Shown here: positions 8,672 to 19,291 of the stretch, piece after piece
Layout of the letters: each line of letters starts with the position of its first letter
Numbering within the stretch: position 1 is the first letter of the stretch
From: a virus
Taxonomy: Duplodnaviria > Caudoviricetes
Virus record (IMG/VR): IMGVR_UViG_3300036881_000024
Span: 1 to 61,419 of that record
Reading direction: 5' to 3' (one strand)
DNA: 61,419 bases
Translations under genes and position numbers: made by a program
The notes under the pieces: model-generated
Told to the model about the DNA's origin: nothing
The model's input: only the letters and a program-made list of their open reading frames with translations
The model's database searches: none

Positions 8672-11600
8672 CCTTCGCCTCCACTCTGTCCGAACATCTG
8701 AATCGGCTCGTACTCGGCGTCAGACCCCCACGGTTTGCAATATGCAACGCATCCGTCCATATACACCTTGAGTGCCGGATCGGTCGATTGAAACTGCCAG
8801 TTCAGCCACTTCCATTTGTTCGGAGACGGCTTTACAAAATACTTGGTCGGGGTTGTCGTAGCGGGAAGGGTAATGGCCGATGGAGCATAGCTCCCGTTAT
8901 CTGCGTCCTGCACAATTCCAGTGAGCGTGACCGTATCTGCCGAAGTGTATTCGATCACCAACGCGCCGCAGTGTCCCCACCCTCTCAGGCCAATCGCAGG
9001 CGTTGCAACCGTTCCCGTCACCGCTTCCGTTCCCGAACTTGAGAACTGCCGGATGGTGAAGTCCGAACATCCCACCAGAACACCTTGCACGCTCTGGCCC
9101 TGATTCGAGGCATGAGTCGTGGCCTTGGGGGTCGTCAAGTCGAGCACCCACGCCATCGCGTTGATGTCGAAGACCAGCGTGTAGCGGTTGCCGTCCGTTC
9201 CGATGTAGTTGTAGTAAACATAAGGCCCCTGCCCCGAGAACTGCTGCAAGTCCGGTTTCGTATCGTCAGGCGGATAGATCGTCACGCCGTTTCGCGTAAT
9301 CGCTGTGGGGGTTGATCCCTCATGCGCGAACAGCGGATACAGCGTTTCATCTGTCACGGACTCCGAAGGCCCGCCCGACTGCGAGAACTCAATCCCATCA
9401 TCGACCCGGAACAATGTCTTGCCGCTGCCCTCGACATAGAGACACCGGGGAATGAACAGGCCGCGCTTAATCTCCGTGGTCCTGAAACTCCACGTCTGTC
9501 CCTGTGTGCCTTCAGCAGTTGCCGTCGCCATTGCCAGATTCGGCTGCATGACCCATGCTCTCTTGATCGAGAACACAATCGCGTAGCCGGAACTCATCGC
9601 CCCGTTCACCAGAGCTTCAGACGGGTCAGTCAAGTTCTGCTGATTTGTGTCGGGAGCGGAATCAAGGTTGTTCCCCTTGCACCAGTAAATCGTTCCCGGT
9701 CGCAACGGATCGCCGACTCCGCACTGAAAGGGAATGTTGTCAGTCGGGCCGAAGAGATAGGGCAATGGCTGCTGAGCCAGTTTCGGCTGTGCAATATCGT
9801 AAGGAACGCCCGCGCCGCCCGATGTTCCGATGGTGTCGGGAATGTTGGGAATCACAAGTTGAGTCGTGCTCAGCGGTCTTGCCACCAATGAATAGGCATT
9901 CTGCGTGGGAGAGCCAATCAGCATGAGCGTGCCGGGAAGCCAGCGAGTGTCGAACTTGTCGCCGGATTTCCATGTCACCACGCCGTCCACGATAGTCACC
10001 ACTCCCGACTTCGGAGTGTCGATCGACGGAAACGGCTCAAAGTCGTCTTCCGCCATAATCTGATTATTCGCGGCGGCAAGATCGCTCAGCGTGTCCTCGA
10101 TGGCCGTGTTGTAGACCTCGCCGTTGATCGTTCCGCCAAGCCCATCGTTCGGGCCTGTGGCGACGTAGGTCGGATTCGCCAGCGCATCATCCTGCCGGTA
10201 GCAGTCCCACTTGTTGGCTTGGGGATCGCTCGAATACGGCATCAGGATCGTGTTCGCCAGAACTGGGGTCTGCTGAATCGGGGAAGCCTGGCCGGGATTC
10301 GACTGCGCTCCCGTTTCCGTGGCGCGGTACTTGCCCCAATATCGCACTCCCGTCCTCACTCCCTGGGGCAGCGGAGGAATCACCGCTACAGCCGCCCCCG
10401 GAGTCGGAGCCATCTCGACAATCAGCGAACGCCCTGAGTGATACCAGTAGTCCCAATCGATCTCAAACGGATAAATCCCCGCCGCTGGAAACGTCACACT
10501 GACGGTGTTCGTGACGTGGGTGCCCGTGCCGTTCGGCGTGGAGACAAAGAGTAACGGAAGCCCGCTCGCCACGGTGATCGCCTGCCCCATCGCTCCATAA
10601 ACCGCTCCGCCCGTCGAAGTGGCTCCGCCCCCGATCCCGAACATGATCTGGTCCTTGTTCTGGATCTGGATGGCGTAGGTGCCGCCCTGGGGAATCCACA
10701 ACGAGCCGGTGATGCAAGCATTGAAGTCCTGATACCCGTCCGATTCGAGAGCCGGAGAAAAGAGGTTGATCGAGCCCACCGTTGCGCCGGCTGAGTCGAG
10801 AGTTGACCACAAGACAGGGACCGTTCCGTCTTCAGGGGTCGAGTCGAAGATCAGGGAATTGTTGGAAGCGGTAGCCTGAGCCGTCCCTAAAGTGCGGGCA
10901 ATGCCTGTTCCGCCGTCGTTCGGATTCTTCCAAATGTACTCGGCGACAGGCCCGGAGTGTGGAGAGTCGCCGAAGACCGCCGCATTCACCAAGCCAACAA
11001 GCGAGGCAACCTGAGTGATCGCAGAGGTCGATACGACCGCCTCGACAAGAAATGCCCCTGAGTTCGCGGAGAAGGTTCCGCCTTGAGAGTTAATGCCGAT
11101 TTGGAGTTGCGCCGCTCCCGCGGGAACGGTCAGGGTAGCCGATGCTCCTACGTTTCCTACTACTGGCGGAGCGCCACTGACCGTGGATTGCGCAATGATA
11201 TTTCCGTCCGCGTCGGTGAAGGCGAATACCACGATCTTCGGAGACGTGATGAAGTCGCCAGGATAGTTCGCTGCGTGAGTTCCCGCATCTCCCGGCGCAT
11301 GAGTCGCCCGGTTCACCGTGGCTGTTCCCGTCACCGTCAGAGTGACCGTAGAGCCCGGAACCGGCGTAGCGATAGCTGTCGGATACGGCGGCTGAATGTC
11401 GCTTCCTGAGTAGTTGTAGTTCGCGTTCACCCCAGAGATGTTTGTCCACGGCGGCGTGTTGGCAGGAAGACTCAACCATTGCGTCACGTTCACCGTGTTC
11501 ACGCCGACAATGGGAGGATACTGCGGTTCCTTGATGCCTGTTTTGCGCACCAGACCCGTGCTCGAAACCTTAATCATCCCCGAGCACGTAAATCCGCCTG

Positions 11601-11979
11601 TCACCGTCACGTCCCCGGCGGCGGCGGAGTCGCCAAGGTACATGAAGGGGCGCACAGACTGATTGGGCTGAAACGGCGCGAACGAAACTGGATTGCCCGA
11701 GAGCCCTGTAGCGATCTTCGTGTTCCCGTTGTATAGATTTCCGTCCGCATCGACGGATAGAATTGCGTAGCCGCTCGATGGACCCGCAGGGGTTGTGTCA
11801 TTCAACCGAGCGATGGATTGTACAGCGGCAGAGAGGGTGTAGAGCGCCGCGCTCAGGGGATTGCGCAGCGCGAAGCCGCCACGAAGGAAAGCGCGGACAT
11901 TGACGGCCAGAGCGCAGAATCCAGCCCTGATCCGATTGATCGGATGAGCTAGATCGAGGCCGTGGAATTCAATCGCCAT
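8668..11979 (-). CDS. Large tail protein (nozzle/tail tubular B-like) with an inserted PA14-like domain
   Basis: 1103 aa, beta-rich; position in the tail block; internal ITGSLWIPQGGTYAIQIQNKD...GIYPFEIDW resembles PA14. Confidence 0.55.
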   Translation of the reverse strand: MAIEFHGLDLAHPINRIRAGFCALAVNVRAFLRGGFALRNPLSAALYTLSAAVQSIARLNDTTPAGPSSGYAILSVDADGNLYNGNTKIATGLSGNPVSFAPFQPNQSVRPFMYLGDSAAAGDVTVTGGFTCSGMIKVSSTGLVRKTGIKEPQYPPIVGVNTVNVTQWLSLPANTPPWTNISGVNANYNYSGSDIQPPYPTAIATPVPGSTVTLTVTGTATVNRATHAPGDAGTHAANYPGDFITSPKIVVFAFTDADGNIIAQSTVSGAPPVVGNVGASATLTVPAGAAQLQIGINSQGGTFSANSGAFLVEAVVSTSAITQVASLVGLVNAAVFGDSPHSGPVAEYIWKNPNDGGTGIARTLGTAQATASNNSLIFDSTPEDGTVPVLWSTLDSAGATVGSINLFSPALESDGYQDFNACITGSLWIPQGGTYAIQIQNKDQIMFGIGGGATSTGGAVYGAMGQAITVASGLPLLFVSTPNGTGTHVTNTVSVTFPAAGIYPFEIDWDYWYHSGRSLIVEMAPTPGAAVAVIPPLPQGVRTGVRYWGKYRATETGAQSNPGQASPIQQTPVLANTILMPYSSDPQANKWDCYRQDDALANPTYVATGPNDGLGGTINGEVYNTAIEDTLSDLAAANNQIMAEDDFEPFPSIDTPKSGVVTIVDGVVTWKSGDKFDTRWLPGTLMLIGSPTQNAYSLVARPLSTTQLVIPNIPDTIGTSGGAGVPYDIAQPKLAQQPLPYLFGPTDNIPFQCGVGDPLRPGTIYWCKGNNLDSAPDTNQQNLTDPSEALVNGAMSSGYAIVFSIKRAWVMQPNLAMATATAEGTQGQTWSFRTTEIKRGLFIPRCLYVEGSGKTLFRVDDGIEFSQSGGPSESVTDETLYPLFAHEGSTPTAITRNGVTIYPPDDTKPDLQQFSGQGPYVYYNYIGTDGNRYTLVFDINAMAWVLDLTTPKATTHASNQGQSVQGVLVGCSDFTIRQFSSSGTEAVTGTVATPAIGLRGWGHCGALVIEYTSADTVTLTGIVQDADNGSYAPSAITLPATTTPTKYFVKPSPNKWKWLNWQFQSTDPALKVYMDGCVAYCKPWGSDAEYEPIQMFGQSGGEG

Positions 11980-12147
11980 CTATCGCTTGCCGCTTCCCTT
12001 CCTGCGTGTCTTTTTCTTCCCGTGCTTGACCTCGTGATACTTCCCTGCCACCACGACGCCTTTCGCGTGACTCTTGATGCCGTGAATGTGGCGATATGCT
12101 CTCGATTTCCGGTACGCTTCCTTGCTGCGAAATCTGTCTACTGGCAT
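11980..12147 (-). CDS. Small very basic protein
   Basis: MPVDRFRSKEAYRK...KHGKKKTRRKGSGKR; RBS GGGAGGGG. Confidence 0.65.
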   Translation of the reverse strand: MPVDRFRSKEAYRKSRAYRHIHGIKSHAKGVVVAGKYHEVKHGKKKTRRKGSGKR

Positions 12148-12169
12148 GGCCCCCTCCCTGCTCACCGCG

Positions 12170-13687
12170 TCACGCTGGTTCATTGCTCTCAGCCTCTCTC
12201 GGCTTAGCCTCGTCCTGCTTCTTGCCTTGCGCTCTCAGCAATTCCACAAACACACCATACGTGGCCCAGCGTTTGTTCACCGCTACAGCCGCACGGTAGA
12301 AGTCCTTGAGCAGCGGCATGGTCGCCGCAAACTCCCCCCCCCCACACTTGAACATCGCCGCGTGCTGAGCGTAGTTCAAAATTGCTTCAAAATCATCCCT
12401 CGAACACTGGACGTAGGTATTCGTCGAATCGAGGAGCGGCGCGTTGCCTACGAGTTGCAGCGTGACCAACTGCCCGCTCCCCGGAACCGGCGCGATCAAG
12501 TCCATCCCCGCCTCAACCACCGAGGGCAAATTCTGCTGAGATTGCTGCCAACCCACCGCCAACGAATCCATCTCCGCGAGAGACGTTGCATCGGCTACCT
12601 TCCCATTGATGAGCGTCTGCAAGAGCCAGTTCGACCCCTTCATCATTTCGAGCATCTGCGTATAGCGTTCCATGCAGTATGCCGACCTCTGCCTGTCCGT
12701 CGCTTCCGACTCCATTCCCAATACATCCGCCAGCGCCCCGTACATCGGCACCAAGGCCCAGTCATCCGGCACTCCAAGCAGCGAAGCAGCCGGCGGAGCG
12801 AACGTTGGACCAGCGTTCAGCGCCAGTACCTCGAAGTTCCCCGGCGTGGTCGGAGCAATGTCCACATCGAACGCCAGCGGAGGCTCCGAAGCAATCGCCC
12901 ATGACTGCGGAAAACCGACCGTCTGAAGGTACTCCGGTTCGAATGACTGGAAAGCTAGCGCATCTTCGCGGGTCAAGGTAATAGGCCGCCAGAACTGCAC
13001 CGCCGACCCTGCCAGCGCCCCGGGAGTGGGCAAGCTGATCGACACCGCAAGCCCTGTGATGTCAGTCACAAAGGTTCCCGCCTGAATCCCCGTTCCCGTG
13101 ATTATCTGCCCCGCCGCAATGCCCGTTGCCGCCCCTACGTTGATCTGAGACGCGCCGAATAGGGCTGTGCCGGTGGTCTGGGCCATCAGCGCCATAAAAC
13201 GAATCCTGCGCGGTTCTAGCACCGTATCCGGCAGCACCGATCTGCGAGTTCCGGGGGTCGAGTTGACGGGAGAAATCAGTGCGATATTACACGAAGTCGC
13301 CTGAATGACCTCCTGAGTCCGTTTCTGGAGGCAGTATTGAAGATTCTGGAAGGTGAACTGATTAGTCCCCGCCCAGGTCCCCGCGTTCAACTGCGGCTCT
13401 AGAAGCATCGAGCACATCTGGCCGTATAGGTACTGGTCGGTCACCGAGCGCAGACGTGGTGATCCGGTCAGCGTCCCGGTGTTGATCCACTGACCTTGGG
13501 CATTGTTGATGTTGAAGGGTGCGTTCCACTGCTCAGTGAGGCCATTGAAATGCCTCAGGCCTTCGGTCAGCAGCATCCAAAGCTCCGCCGCCGTCCACAG
13601 ACCCGGATTCGCCGCAGTGACTTTGAGCCGCCCCTGAAGGGCTTGGATTGCAGCGGTTTTCGTGAGCCAGGTGAAAGGAGTTGCCAC
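12170..13687 (-). CDS. Virion structural protein (head-tail adaptor-like)
   Basis: GTG start after AGGAG; position between head and tail genes. Confidence 0.5.
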   Translation of the reverse strand: MATPFTWLTKTAAIQALQGRLKVTAANPGLWTAAELWMLLTEGLRHFNGLTEQWNAPFNINNAQGQWINTGTLTGSPRLRSVTDQYLYGQMCSMLLEPQLNAGTWAGTNQFTFQNLQYCLQKRTQEVIQATSCNIALISPVNSTPGTRRSVLPDTVLEPRRIRFMALMAQTTGTALFGASQINVGAATGIAAGQIITGTGIQAGTFVTDITGLAVSISLPTPGALAGSAVQFWRPITLTREDALAFQSFEPEYLQTVGFPQSWAIASEPPLAFDVDIAPTTPGNFEVLALNAGPTFAPPAASLLGVPDDWALVPMYGALADVLGMESEATDRQRSAYCMERYTQMLEMMKGSNWLLQTLINGKVADATSLAEMDSLAVGWQQSQQNLPSVVEAGMDLIAPVPGSGQLVTLQLVGNAPLLDSTNTYVQCSRDDFEAILNYAQHAAMFKCGGGEFAATMPLLKDFYRAAVAVNKRWATYGVFVELLRAQGKKQDEAKPREAESNEPA

Positions 13688-13692
13688 ATCCG

Positions 13693-13977
13693 CTACTCCT
13701 GAAACATTATGTCGCAGGTATCGGTGTTCACGATATACGCGAACCACTCATTCAAGTTCTGGCCTTCGTGCTGCGCAGGCCCAAAGGTCATCGATCCCCC
13801 CGGCGTGATGAGGATTCCCTTTGTCGCACTCGTGCTCGAATCCCCGAAGCGCATATTGTGTGAACCGTTGTTTTGGACCGTCACCCACTGAAAAGGGACC
13901 GTGGGCATAATCTCTGTCGTGCGCGGAATGACCGGGATTGTTCCCGTCGCCGTTGCTGTGATCTGAAGTAGCTGCAT
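13693..13977 (-). CDS. Small structural protein
   Basis: MQLLQITATATG...WVTVQNNG; TAATG coupling to the upstream gene. Confidence 0.6.
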   Translation of the reverse strand: MQLLQITATATGTIPVIPRTTEIMPTVPFQWVTVQNNGSHNMRFGDSSTSATKGILITPGGSMTFGPAQHEGQNLNEWFAYIVNTDTCDIMFQE

Positions 13978-15005
13978 TACACGCCCCCTCGCGTTGGATA
14001 CCCACCGATTTGCAACTTGCCTGAGTATGTGGCGAAGGCACCGCTGCCATTCCACTTGCCCGGCTGATTCGTGTGCGTGAAGTTTTCCCCGTCAAGGTTC
14101 AGGTCAATCGAGAGCACTTGCCCGAAGTATTCGTAGTACGTTTTCTGCGCCATCGTCGAGAGCAGCATCATGCCCTTGCCCGAGCTCGGAGTCTTCGCTT
14201 CCATCTCCGCTGCCTTGTCCATGAAGAGAATTTCTTTCGCCTTGAACTCGACCATGTTATCGGTGATTGGCGCTTCGGGATACATGCTCATCCAGTCAGT
14301 CACCACTTCCGGCAACTGCCCCCTGCGCCGGTACGTCAGCGTGTAGGGCGTGAGATTGCCCTGCCACGGGTACAGCTCAAAGCGCTGCCAGCCGTAAGTC
14401 GAACTCCCCGGCCTCTGGTCGATTCCGGCAGGAACAACGTTGGTCGGTAGCGACTGGTCTTGCCGCTGCGGGTCGAGGTTCGCAAGGTCGGCGCGTGTCA
14501 GGCTCCAGAAGTCTAGCGGCTGGTCATTGGTGAAATCTTGAATCGCAATCCACTTCCTGAAGTCCTGTACCGGCGACACGAAGTAGTGCTGGTAGATGTA
14601 GTAAGGCTGGCCACTCCCCGATCCCGGCTCCATCCACGGACGGTCCAGAGTCAGGGTCACGAAGCCGGGGTTGATGGTGTTGTAGTCGTATCCAACGATG
14701 TCGTAAATGGCGAAGGCCGGGTTGCGATACTGAAGTTGCGTGATGAACGGGCGTCCAGTGTAGGCGATGAGCACAGCGGTCGCCGTCGCATCGGCGATGA
14801 CTTGATTCGAGTATGGAGTCGTTGTGAAGGTGCCAGTGTTGAAGACGACGCCCGGAGCAAGCCACCCCGCAAAGCCCTTCTGAAACGACCAGTCAGTTTG
14901 GTTGTAGATCGCCTCAAGAGCGCGGCGCACACCCGTCTGAGCACGCGATAGAGGCGTATCTGGAACCAACCGGGTTAAGTTGAAGCTGACCGTGTACAGC
15001 GACAT
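13977..15005 (-). CDS. Head-tail adaptor/tail tubular A-like protein
   Basis: IYNQTDWSF and FELYPW motifs typical of adaptors; first gene after the head terminator. Confidence 0.5.
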   Translation of the reverse strand: MSLYTVSFNLTRLVPDTPLSRAQTGVRRALEAIYNQTDWSFQKGFAGWLAPGVVFNTGTFTTTPYSNQVIADATATAVLIAYTGRPFITQLQYRNPAFAIYDIVGYDYNTINPGFVTLTLDRPWMEPGSGSGQPYYIYQHYFVSPVQDFRKWIAIQDFTNDQPLDFWSLTRADLANLDPQRQDQSLPTNVVPAGIDQRPGSSTYGWQRFELYPWQGNLTPYTLTYRRRGQLPEVVTDWMSMYPEAPITDNMVEFKAKEILFMDKAAEMEAKTPSSGKGMMLLSTMAQKTYYEYFGQVLSIDLNLDGENFTHTNQPGKWNGSGAFATYSGKLQIGGYPTRGGV

Positions 15006-15016
15006 TCTCACTCCCT

Positions 15017-15051
15017 AAAAAAAGGGACGAGCGGCTTTTGCCACCCGCCCC
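15017..15051 (-). terminator. Rho-independent terminator after the head genes
   Basis: GGGGCGGGTGGC-AAAA-GCCGCTCGTCCC-TTTTTTT on the minus strand. Confidence 0.8.
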
Positions 15052-15074
15052 GATGGGCCACCCGCGATGACGGC

Positions 15075-16298
15075 CTACAAACTCGATACCAGCGCCGCGA
15101 ACTGTACCTGCTCTGCGCTCAAATTCGTTCCCGCTGCCACCTGATTGCCATTCACCGGAGCGCCTGTCACCAGCACCGCCGCGGTCCCGCCGTCGGCGGA
15201 TGTGTTCGCAATGGCTGTCCAGCCGTTCGCCTTGATGAGTTGGTTCGTCAGGCCGGTCGCAATCACCGTTCCCAGACTGCCGTTCAGGACCGTGTTGGTC
15301 GTGACACCCTGCACCACAATCAACTCGCCCGGCACAAAGTTCTGCGTCGCCGTCAAGGTGAAGAGGCCGGAGTGCGACGCATCGGCGGCAACCGCCAAAG
15401 TGTTCGTGATGCTTGCCGGGGTCGCTGTCGTGATTGGAGCCCCGCCGTTCGTCACCAGCAGCGAAGCGGTGCCGGTTTCGCCGGTTGTCGCGCTCAGGTT
15501 AGCGGCCTGTAGGTTCGCCGTCCAACCCGTCGAGGATGCCGTGACGATCTGCGCGACCGTTCCCTGCGGAACCTCGCCAGCAACGAGACCTTGCAGGACC
15601 ACAAACTGTCCAACAGAGAAAGTGTTGGCTTGGACGACAGTGAGCACATCTGACGCGACCGCAACACTGGTTACCGCGCCGCCGGACACAACCGCCTGTA
15701 ATGGGTTTCCAGACGCGGCTTGTACGACCTGAAACTTGAGAGCCGCATCTGCAGCAGAAGCGTAGCTGAGTGCTTTCGCGGGACCGTAGTTGAAACTGAA
15801 CTGCGTCGCGCTGGCCGCCGTCACCTGCACCATCACGCCATTGAGGAAGATCGACTTTGCGCTTGCGCCGCCGGAGAGAACGACGAATTGCCCCACCTGA
15901 AGCGAATTGGCAACCACGATTGTCCCAACGCCGTTGGCAGTGAACGCGCTGGTCGTAGCGGCAGCGGAAAGAGGTCCGAGAGACAGAGGCACACCGGCGA
16001 CGGGAGTGTTTCCGTTGGCTCCCGAATACTCCCACACCGCCGTCCAGCCAGAGACCGAGGGACCGCCCACGCCGCCCCCGGCCCGGACTTGGTTGTAACC
16101 CACAGCAAGCGGGATGAAGCGCACCTTGTAGTTTCCGCTCAGGCTCGTGCAGTCGGACGGGAAGTTGATGTACTCGCCGGAACCCGGATTGTAGACCGGA
16201 TCGCCAGCGGAGACGTAGGACGAAGGACCGCTCGCGTAGAGCAGGGCATTGCGAATCTCGCCTACCTCCGCCGCAGGAAACACATAGCTGGTATTCAA
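15075..16298 (-). CDS. Capsid decoration/minor structural protein with repeated beta domains
   Basis: Three internal repeats of N..(S/V)GQFVVL.G; A/T/G-rich. Confidence 0.5.
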   Translation of the reverse strand: MNTSYVFPAAEVGEIRNALLYASGPSSYVSAGDPVYNPGSGEYINFPSDCTSLSGNYKVRFIPLAVGYNQVRAGGGVGGPSVSGWTAVWEYSGANGNTPVAGVPLSLGPLSAAATTSAFTANGVGTIVVANSLQVGQFVVLSGGASAKSIFLNGVMVQVTAASATQFSFNYGPAKALSYASAADAALKFQVVQAASGNPLQAVVSGGAVTSVAVASDVLTVVQANTFSVGQFVVLQGLVAGEVPQGTVAQIVTASSTGWTANLQAANLSATTGETGTASLLVTNGGAPITTATPASITNTLAVAADASHSGLFTLTATQNFVPGELIVVQGVTTNTVLNGSLGTVIATGLTNQLIKANGWTAIANTSADGGTAAVLVTGAPVNGNQVAAGTNLSAEQVQFAALVSSL

Positions 16299-16306
16299 TG
16301 GTCCCC

Positions 16307-17167
16307 CTATCCCTGCACTACGGGCAAGCGCAAGCGCACGCGCGTCAATGACGTTGCGGCTGCAATGTCGATGGTGTTGCCGATGTAGCCAAGCGTCGGC
16401 GCGGTTGCCGATGTCGTGGTCGTCACCGCCGCAGCCGTTGCCGCGCTCGCTACCGAGCCCGAGGCGGTTGCCGTGGCCGTGGTCACGTACAGCGGCGCAT
16501 CGCCGAGTTCCTGAATCAGAATCCAGGCCGCCGCGCTGATCTGAGCCGCCGTCAACGTGGTCAGAGCGATACCGCGCACATCGACAAGATTGCCAGAGCT
16601 TGAATCGAACGAGCTGATGAAGTTCGGGCTCTCATGCTGCTGTGCGACCACCGACCCACCCGAGCCGGTCGAAAGCACGCTCGACAAAGTGAATGTCGGG
16701 ACGGAGGTCATGTTCGCGCCCGCATAAGTGACTTGCGCCGAAGTGATGACGCCCGCCGACAGCGTGAGATTCACGGTTGCGGCCGTCCCGCCGGCTGTCG
16801 AAGAATTGATCGCCACGGTGCCGGTTCCTGAGCCGGTTGCGGTGATGACGTACCCGGTGCCCCCGGCGACAACAATGGCATTGTCGATGTAGGTGCCAAG
16901 GCCGTAGCCCACGGGATAGCCAAACCCGAAGTTCGAGTACGTCGCATTCGGCGAAACCCTCACGAACCGATAGCGGCCCGGATAGAGCTTGTTCCCGTAG
17001 GCGATGTTCCACTGCGCGGCTTCGCTGAGTGTCAGGTCAACGTAGTCACCTTCGTGCAGGGTGCCGCCGAGGTATGGCGTGCCCGTGATCGGGCTGGACA
17101 TGCCAGTGGGCGACGTGTAGACGGCGTAGGGTCCGAGGTAGACCGCATTGAAAGGAACTTGTGCCAT
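16307..17167 (-). CDS. Capsid decoration/cement-like protein
   Basis: Directly follows the capsid gene; YRFVRV and AWILIQELG motifs. Confidence 0.5.
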   Translation of the reverse strand: MAQVPFNAVYLGPYAVYTSPTGMSSPITGTPYLGGTLHEGDYVDLTLSEAAQWNIAYGNKLYPGRYRFVRVSPNATYSNFGFGYPVGYGLGTYIDNAIVVAGGTGYVITATGSGTGTVAINSSTAGGTAATVNLTLSAGVITSAQVTYAGANMTSVPTFTLSSVLSTGSGGSVVAQQHESPNFISSFDSSSGNLVDVRGIALTTLTAAQISAAAWILIQELGDAPLYVTTATATASGSVASAATAAAVTTTTSATAPTLGYIGNTIDIAAATSLTRVRLRLPVVQG

Positions 17168-18450
17168 TACTGTCCCACTCCTTTGAATCCGAAGAGCGGC
17201 AGCCCATGTGTCGGCTGGTCTCCGAAGATATTTGTCGCGTAACGGAGGTAGCGGATCGAGGACGAAATGTTGTTCGGAATCCGGTTCTCGTCAAAGTCCA
17301 TGTTCCACCCGGAACCCGCCTTCGGCTTCAAAGCGACCAGCGAGTACGGGTCGATGAACCACAAGACCTCGCCGGGGTTGATCGTGGTAGCCGAAGGAAT
17401 GTTCGAGCCGGTCGGCGATGCCGTTCCCGCGCCCACATTGACGCCGTTCAGCTTGTACGTCGGCGTCAGGAACGGGGTAAGCTGCGTTGTGCCGCCCACG
17501 CCGTCGTAGAACTTCGCCGTGCTCGCGCCGCCGAACGCTCCGGGGTTTCCCCCAGGCAACGTCTGCCACGCCGCGCTTGAAGGCGCCAGCGGGTCAGCGT
17601 GAATCTTGCAGCCATTGAAGTCAACCGAGGGCCAGCCGAAGTCCGTGCCTTCCTTGACTTCGAGTTGCAGAATGACCGCCTGTTGCCGGAAGGCCAGCGC
17701 AATTGCGCCCCATCCGTAGAAGCTGGTGAATCCGCACAGAGCCTTTGCGCCCAGAGTTCCGAGACGGGCATTGGCGAGCAGGAAGTGCGAGTAGTTGATC
17801 GACCCTGCCTGCCCTGCGAGCGAGCCGCAGTAGTAGGGTGTCGAGTTGTACGCCTGCCCCACAACGCCGTTGCGGGTGATGCCGCCGGTCAGCGTGAAGA
17901 AGTTGCCGAACGGGGTGGGATCGACGCCGTTGGTGAAAATCTCCTCGAAGCCGTTCATGGCAAGGTGACGGTCGGTGTTGACGCCCGCCGCAGAAGATCC
18001 CGAAACGCCGGAACCGGAGTTCCACTGGCCGTGCTGGTACGCCTGCATCTCGACCATCGACTCCAGCCGTTGCGTCATGCAGTAGTTGTCAATCAATTCC
18101 TGATCGGCAACCTGCGTCTCGCCGGGGGCGTTGTAGAGCTTGTATTCGGTCGGCTCAACGATGAGGTTCGACTGCATGAAGCGGATGTCGTACACGGTAT
18201 CCGTCACGCGCTGCTGATTAGTCGGGTTGATCGTCGCGCCCGGTTGGGTAGCCGAACCGTCCGTATAGTTGTAGATGCCCGGAGTGCGGACACCCGTACC
18301 CTGGAAGTCGAGATCGATAATCCCCGCTTCACGCAAAAGCGTCATCAGCGGATAGTTCGTGCCGAACCAGTCGATGCACGTTCCCTTGCGAAGCATTTCC
18401 CGCGAGACGGCATCCCTGACGTTAAAACTCGGATCGTTGGGCAAACCCAT
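17167..18450 (-). CDS. Major capsid protein
   Basis: 427 aa; synteny portal-scaffold-capsid; strong RBS AAGGAG; strongly biased codon use. Confidence 0.75.
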   Translation of the reverse strand: MGLPNDPSFNVRDAVSREMLRKGTCIDWFGTNYPLMTLLREAGIIDLDFQGTGVRTPGIYNYTDGSATQPGATINPTNQQRVTDTVYDIRFMQSNLIVEPTEYKLYNAPGETQVADQELIDNYCMTQRLESMVEMQAYQHGQWNSGSGVSGSSAAGVNTDRHLAMNGFEEIFTNGVDPTPFGNFFTLTGGITRNGVVGQAYNSTPYYCGSLAGQAGSINYSHFLLANARLGTLGAKALCGFTSFYGWGAIALAFRQQAVILQLEVKEGTDFGWPSVDFNGCKIHADPLAPSSAAWQTLPGGNPGAFGGASTAKFYDGVGGTTQLTPFLTPTYKLNGVNVGAGTASPTGSNIPSATTINPGEVLWFIDPYSLVALKPKAGSGWNMDFDENRIPNNISSSIRYLRYATNIFGDQPTHGLPLFGFKGVGQ

Positions 18451-18466
18451 TTTCCGTTACTCCTTC

Positions 18467-19282
18467 TTACGCGGCAGCCATCCGCGTTTTGATTTCGTTG
18501 CTCACGCGGTCGCGTGCCGTGCGAATCTTTTCCATCGGCGACATTCCGGCCAACTTTGCCACGCCCGCGGCATCGGAGGGCTTGGGGATGTTCGGGAAGT
18601 TCGATGGGACGCCGGGGCCAAGCTCCGGGTGCCCGGTCGTAATCGGGTGCGCGGCCTTGTATTCCTCGACACCTGCTGCCACCGCATCGTCGACTTCTTT
18701 CTTGTGCGCTGCGGCGACAGTTGCCTGCTCCCTTTCGGAGACCTTGTACGTCTGCTCCATGTAGGCGCGGACGTTTTTGAATCCAGCCGCAACCGCGCGG
18801 TCTGCTAGTGTAGCCGGGTCTTCGGGAAGCGGAGCGCCAAACACGCGCTGATAGCGGTTGACTTCGTTCATGGTCTGCCCCATCGCCGCAAATCCGCCCA
18901 TGAGCTTGTCGGTCAGTTCCTTCACCGGGTCTTTCGCAGGAGCCGTTGCGAGCGGGGGAAGATCGGGGACCGTGATGCCCGTGAAGCCCTGATCCTTGAT
19001 TGACTTGATCGCGGCATCACGCGAGGCAAGAGCGGCGGTGAGCGCGGCGTTGTTTGCCTGCAACTGCGCCATGTTCATTTCGGTGAGGCCGGACTTTGCG
19101 ATGTTGTCGTCGATCACGCGCTGCAAATCCTGCGCGTCCTTCAACTGCTTTTGAGCATCGGCCAGCTTCTGCGCTGCGCCCGATTCGGTTGCGGCAAGCG
19201 TCGTATTCCACTTCGCAACATTTGCGGTCTTCGCGGGATCTACAGTGACTCCAAGATCGTTTAAAATTTCTTCAACAGTCAT
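18467..19282 (-). CDS. Capsid scaffolding protein
   Basis: Ala-rich coiled coil immediately upstream of the capsid gene. Confidence 0.6.
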   Translation of the reverse strand: MTVEEILNDLGVTVDPAKTANVAKWNTTLAATESGAAQKLADAQKQLKDAQDLQRVIDDNIAKSGLTEMNMAQLQANNAALTAALASRDAAIKSIKDQGFTGITVPDLPPLATAPAKDPVKELTDKLMGGFAAMGQTMNEVNRYQRVFGAPLPEDPATLADRAVAAGFKNVRAYMEQTYKVSEREQATVAAAHKKEVDDAVAAGVEEYKAAHPITTGHPELGPGVPSNFPNIPKPSDAAGVAKLAGMSPMEKIRTARDRVSNEIKTRMAAA

Positions 19283-19291
19283 TTTCTTCTC

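Noticed and set aside
4838-18492. Many long plus-strand ORFs opposite the virion genes (e.g. 12086..12904, 17599..18492)
   Set aside because: Typical antisense shadows in high-GC coding DNA, with no motifs or SD sites.
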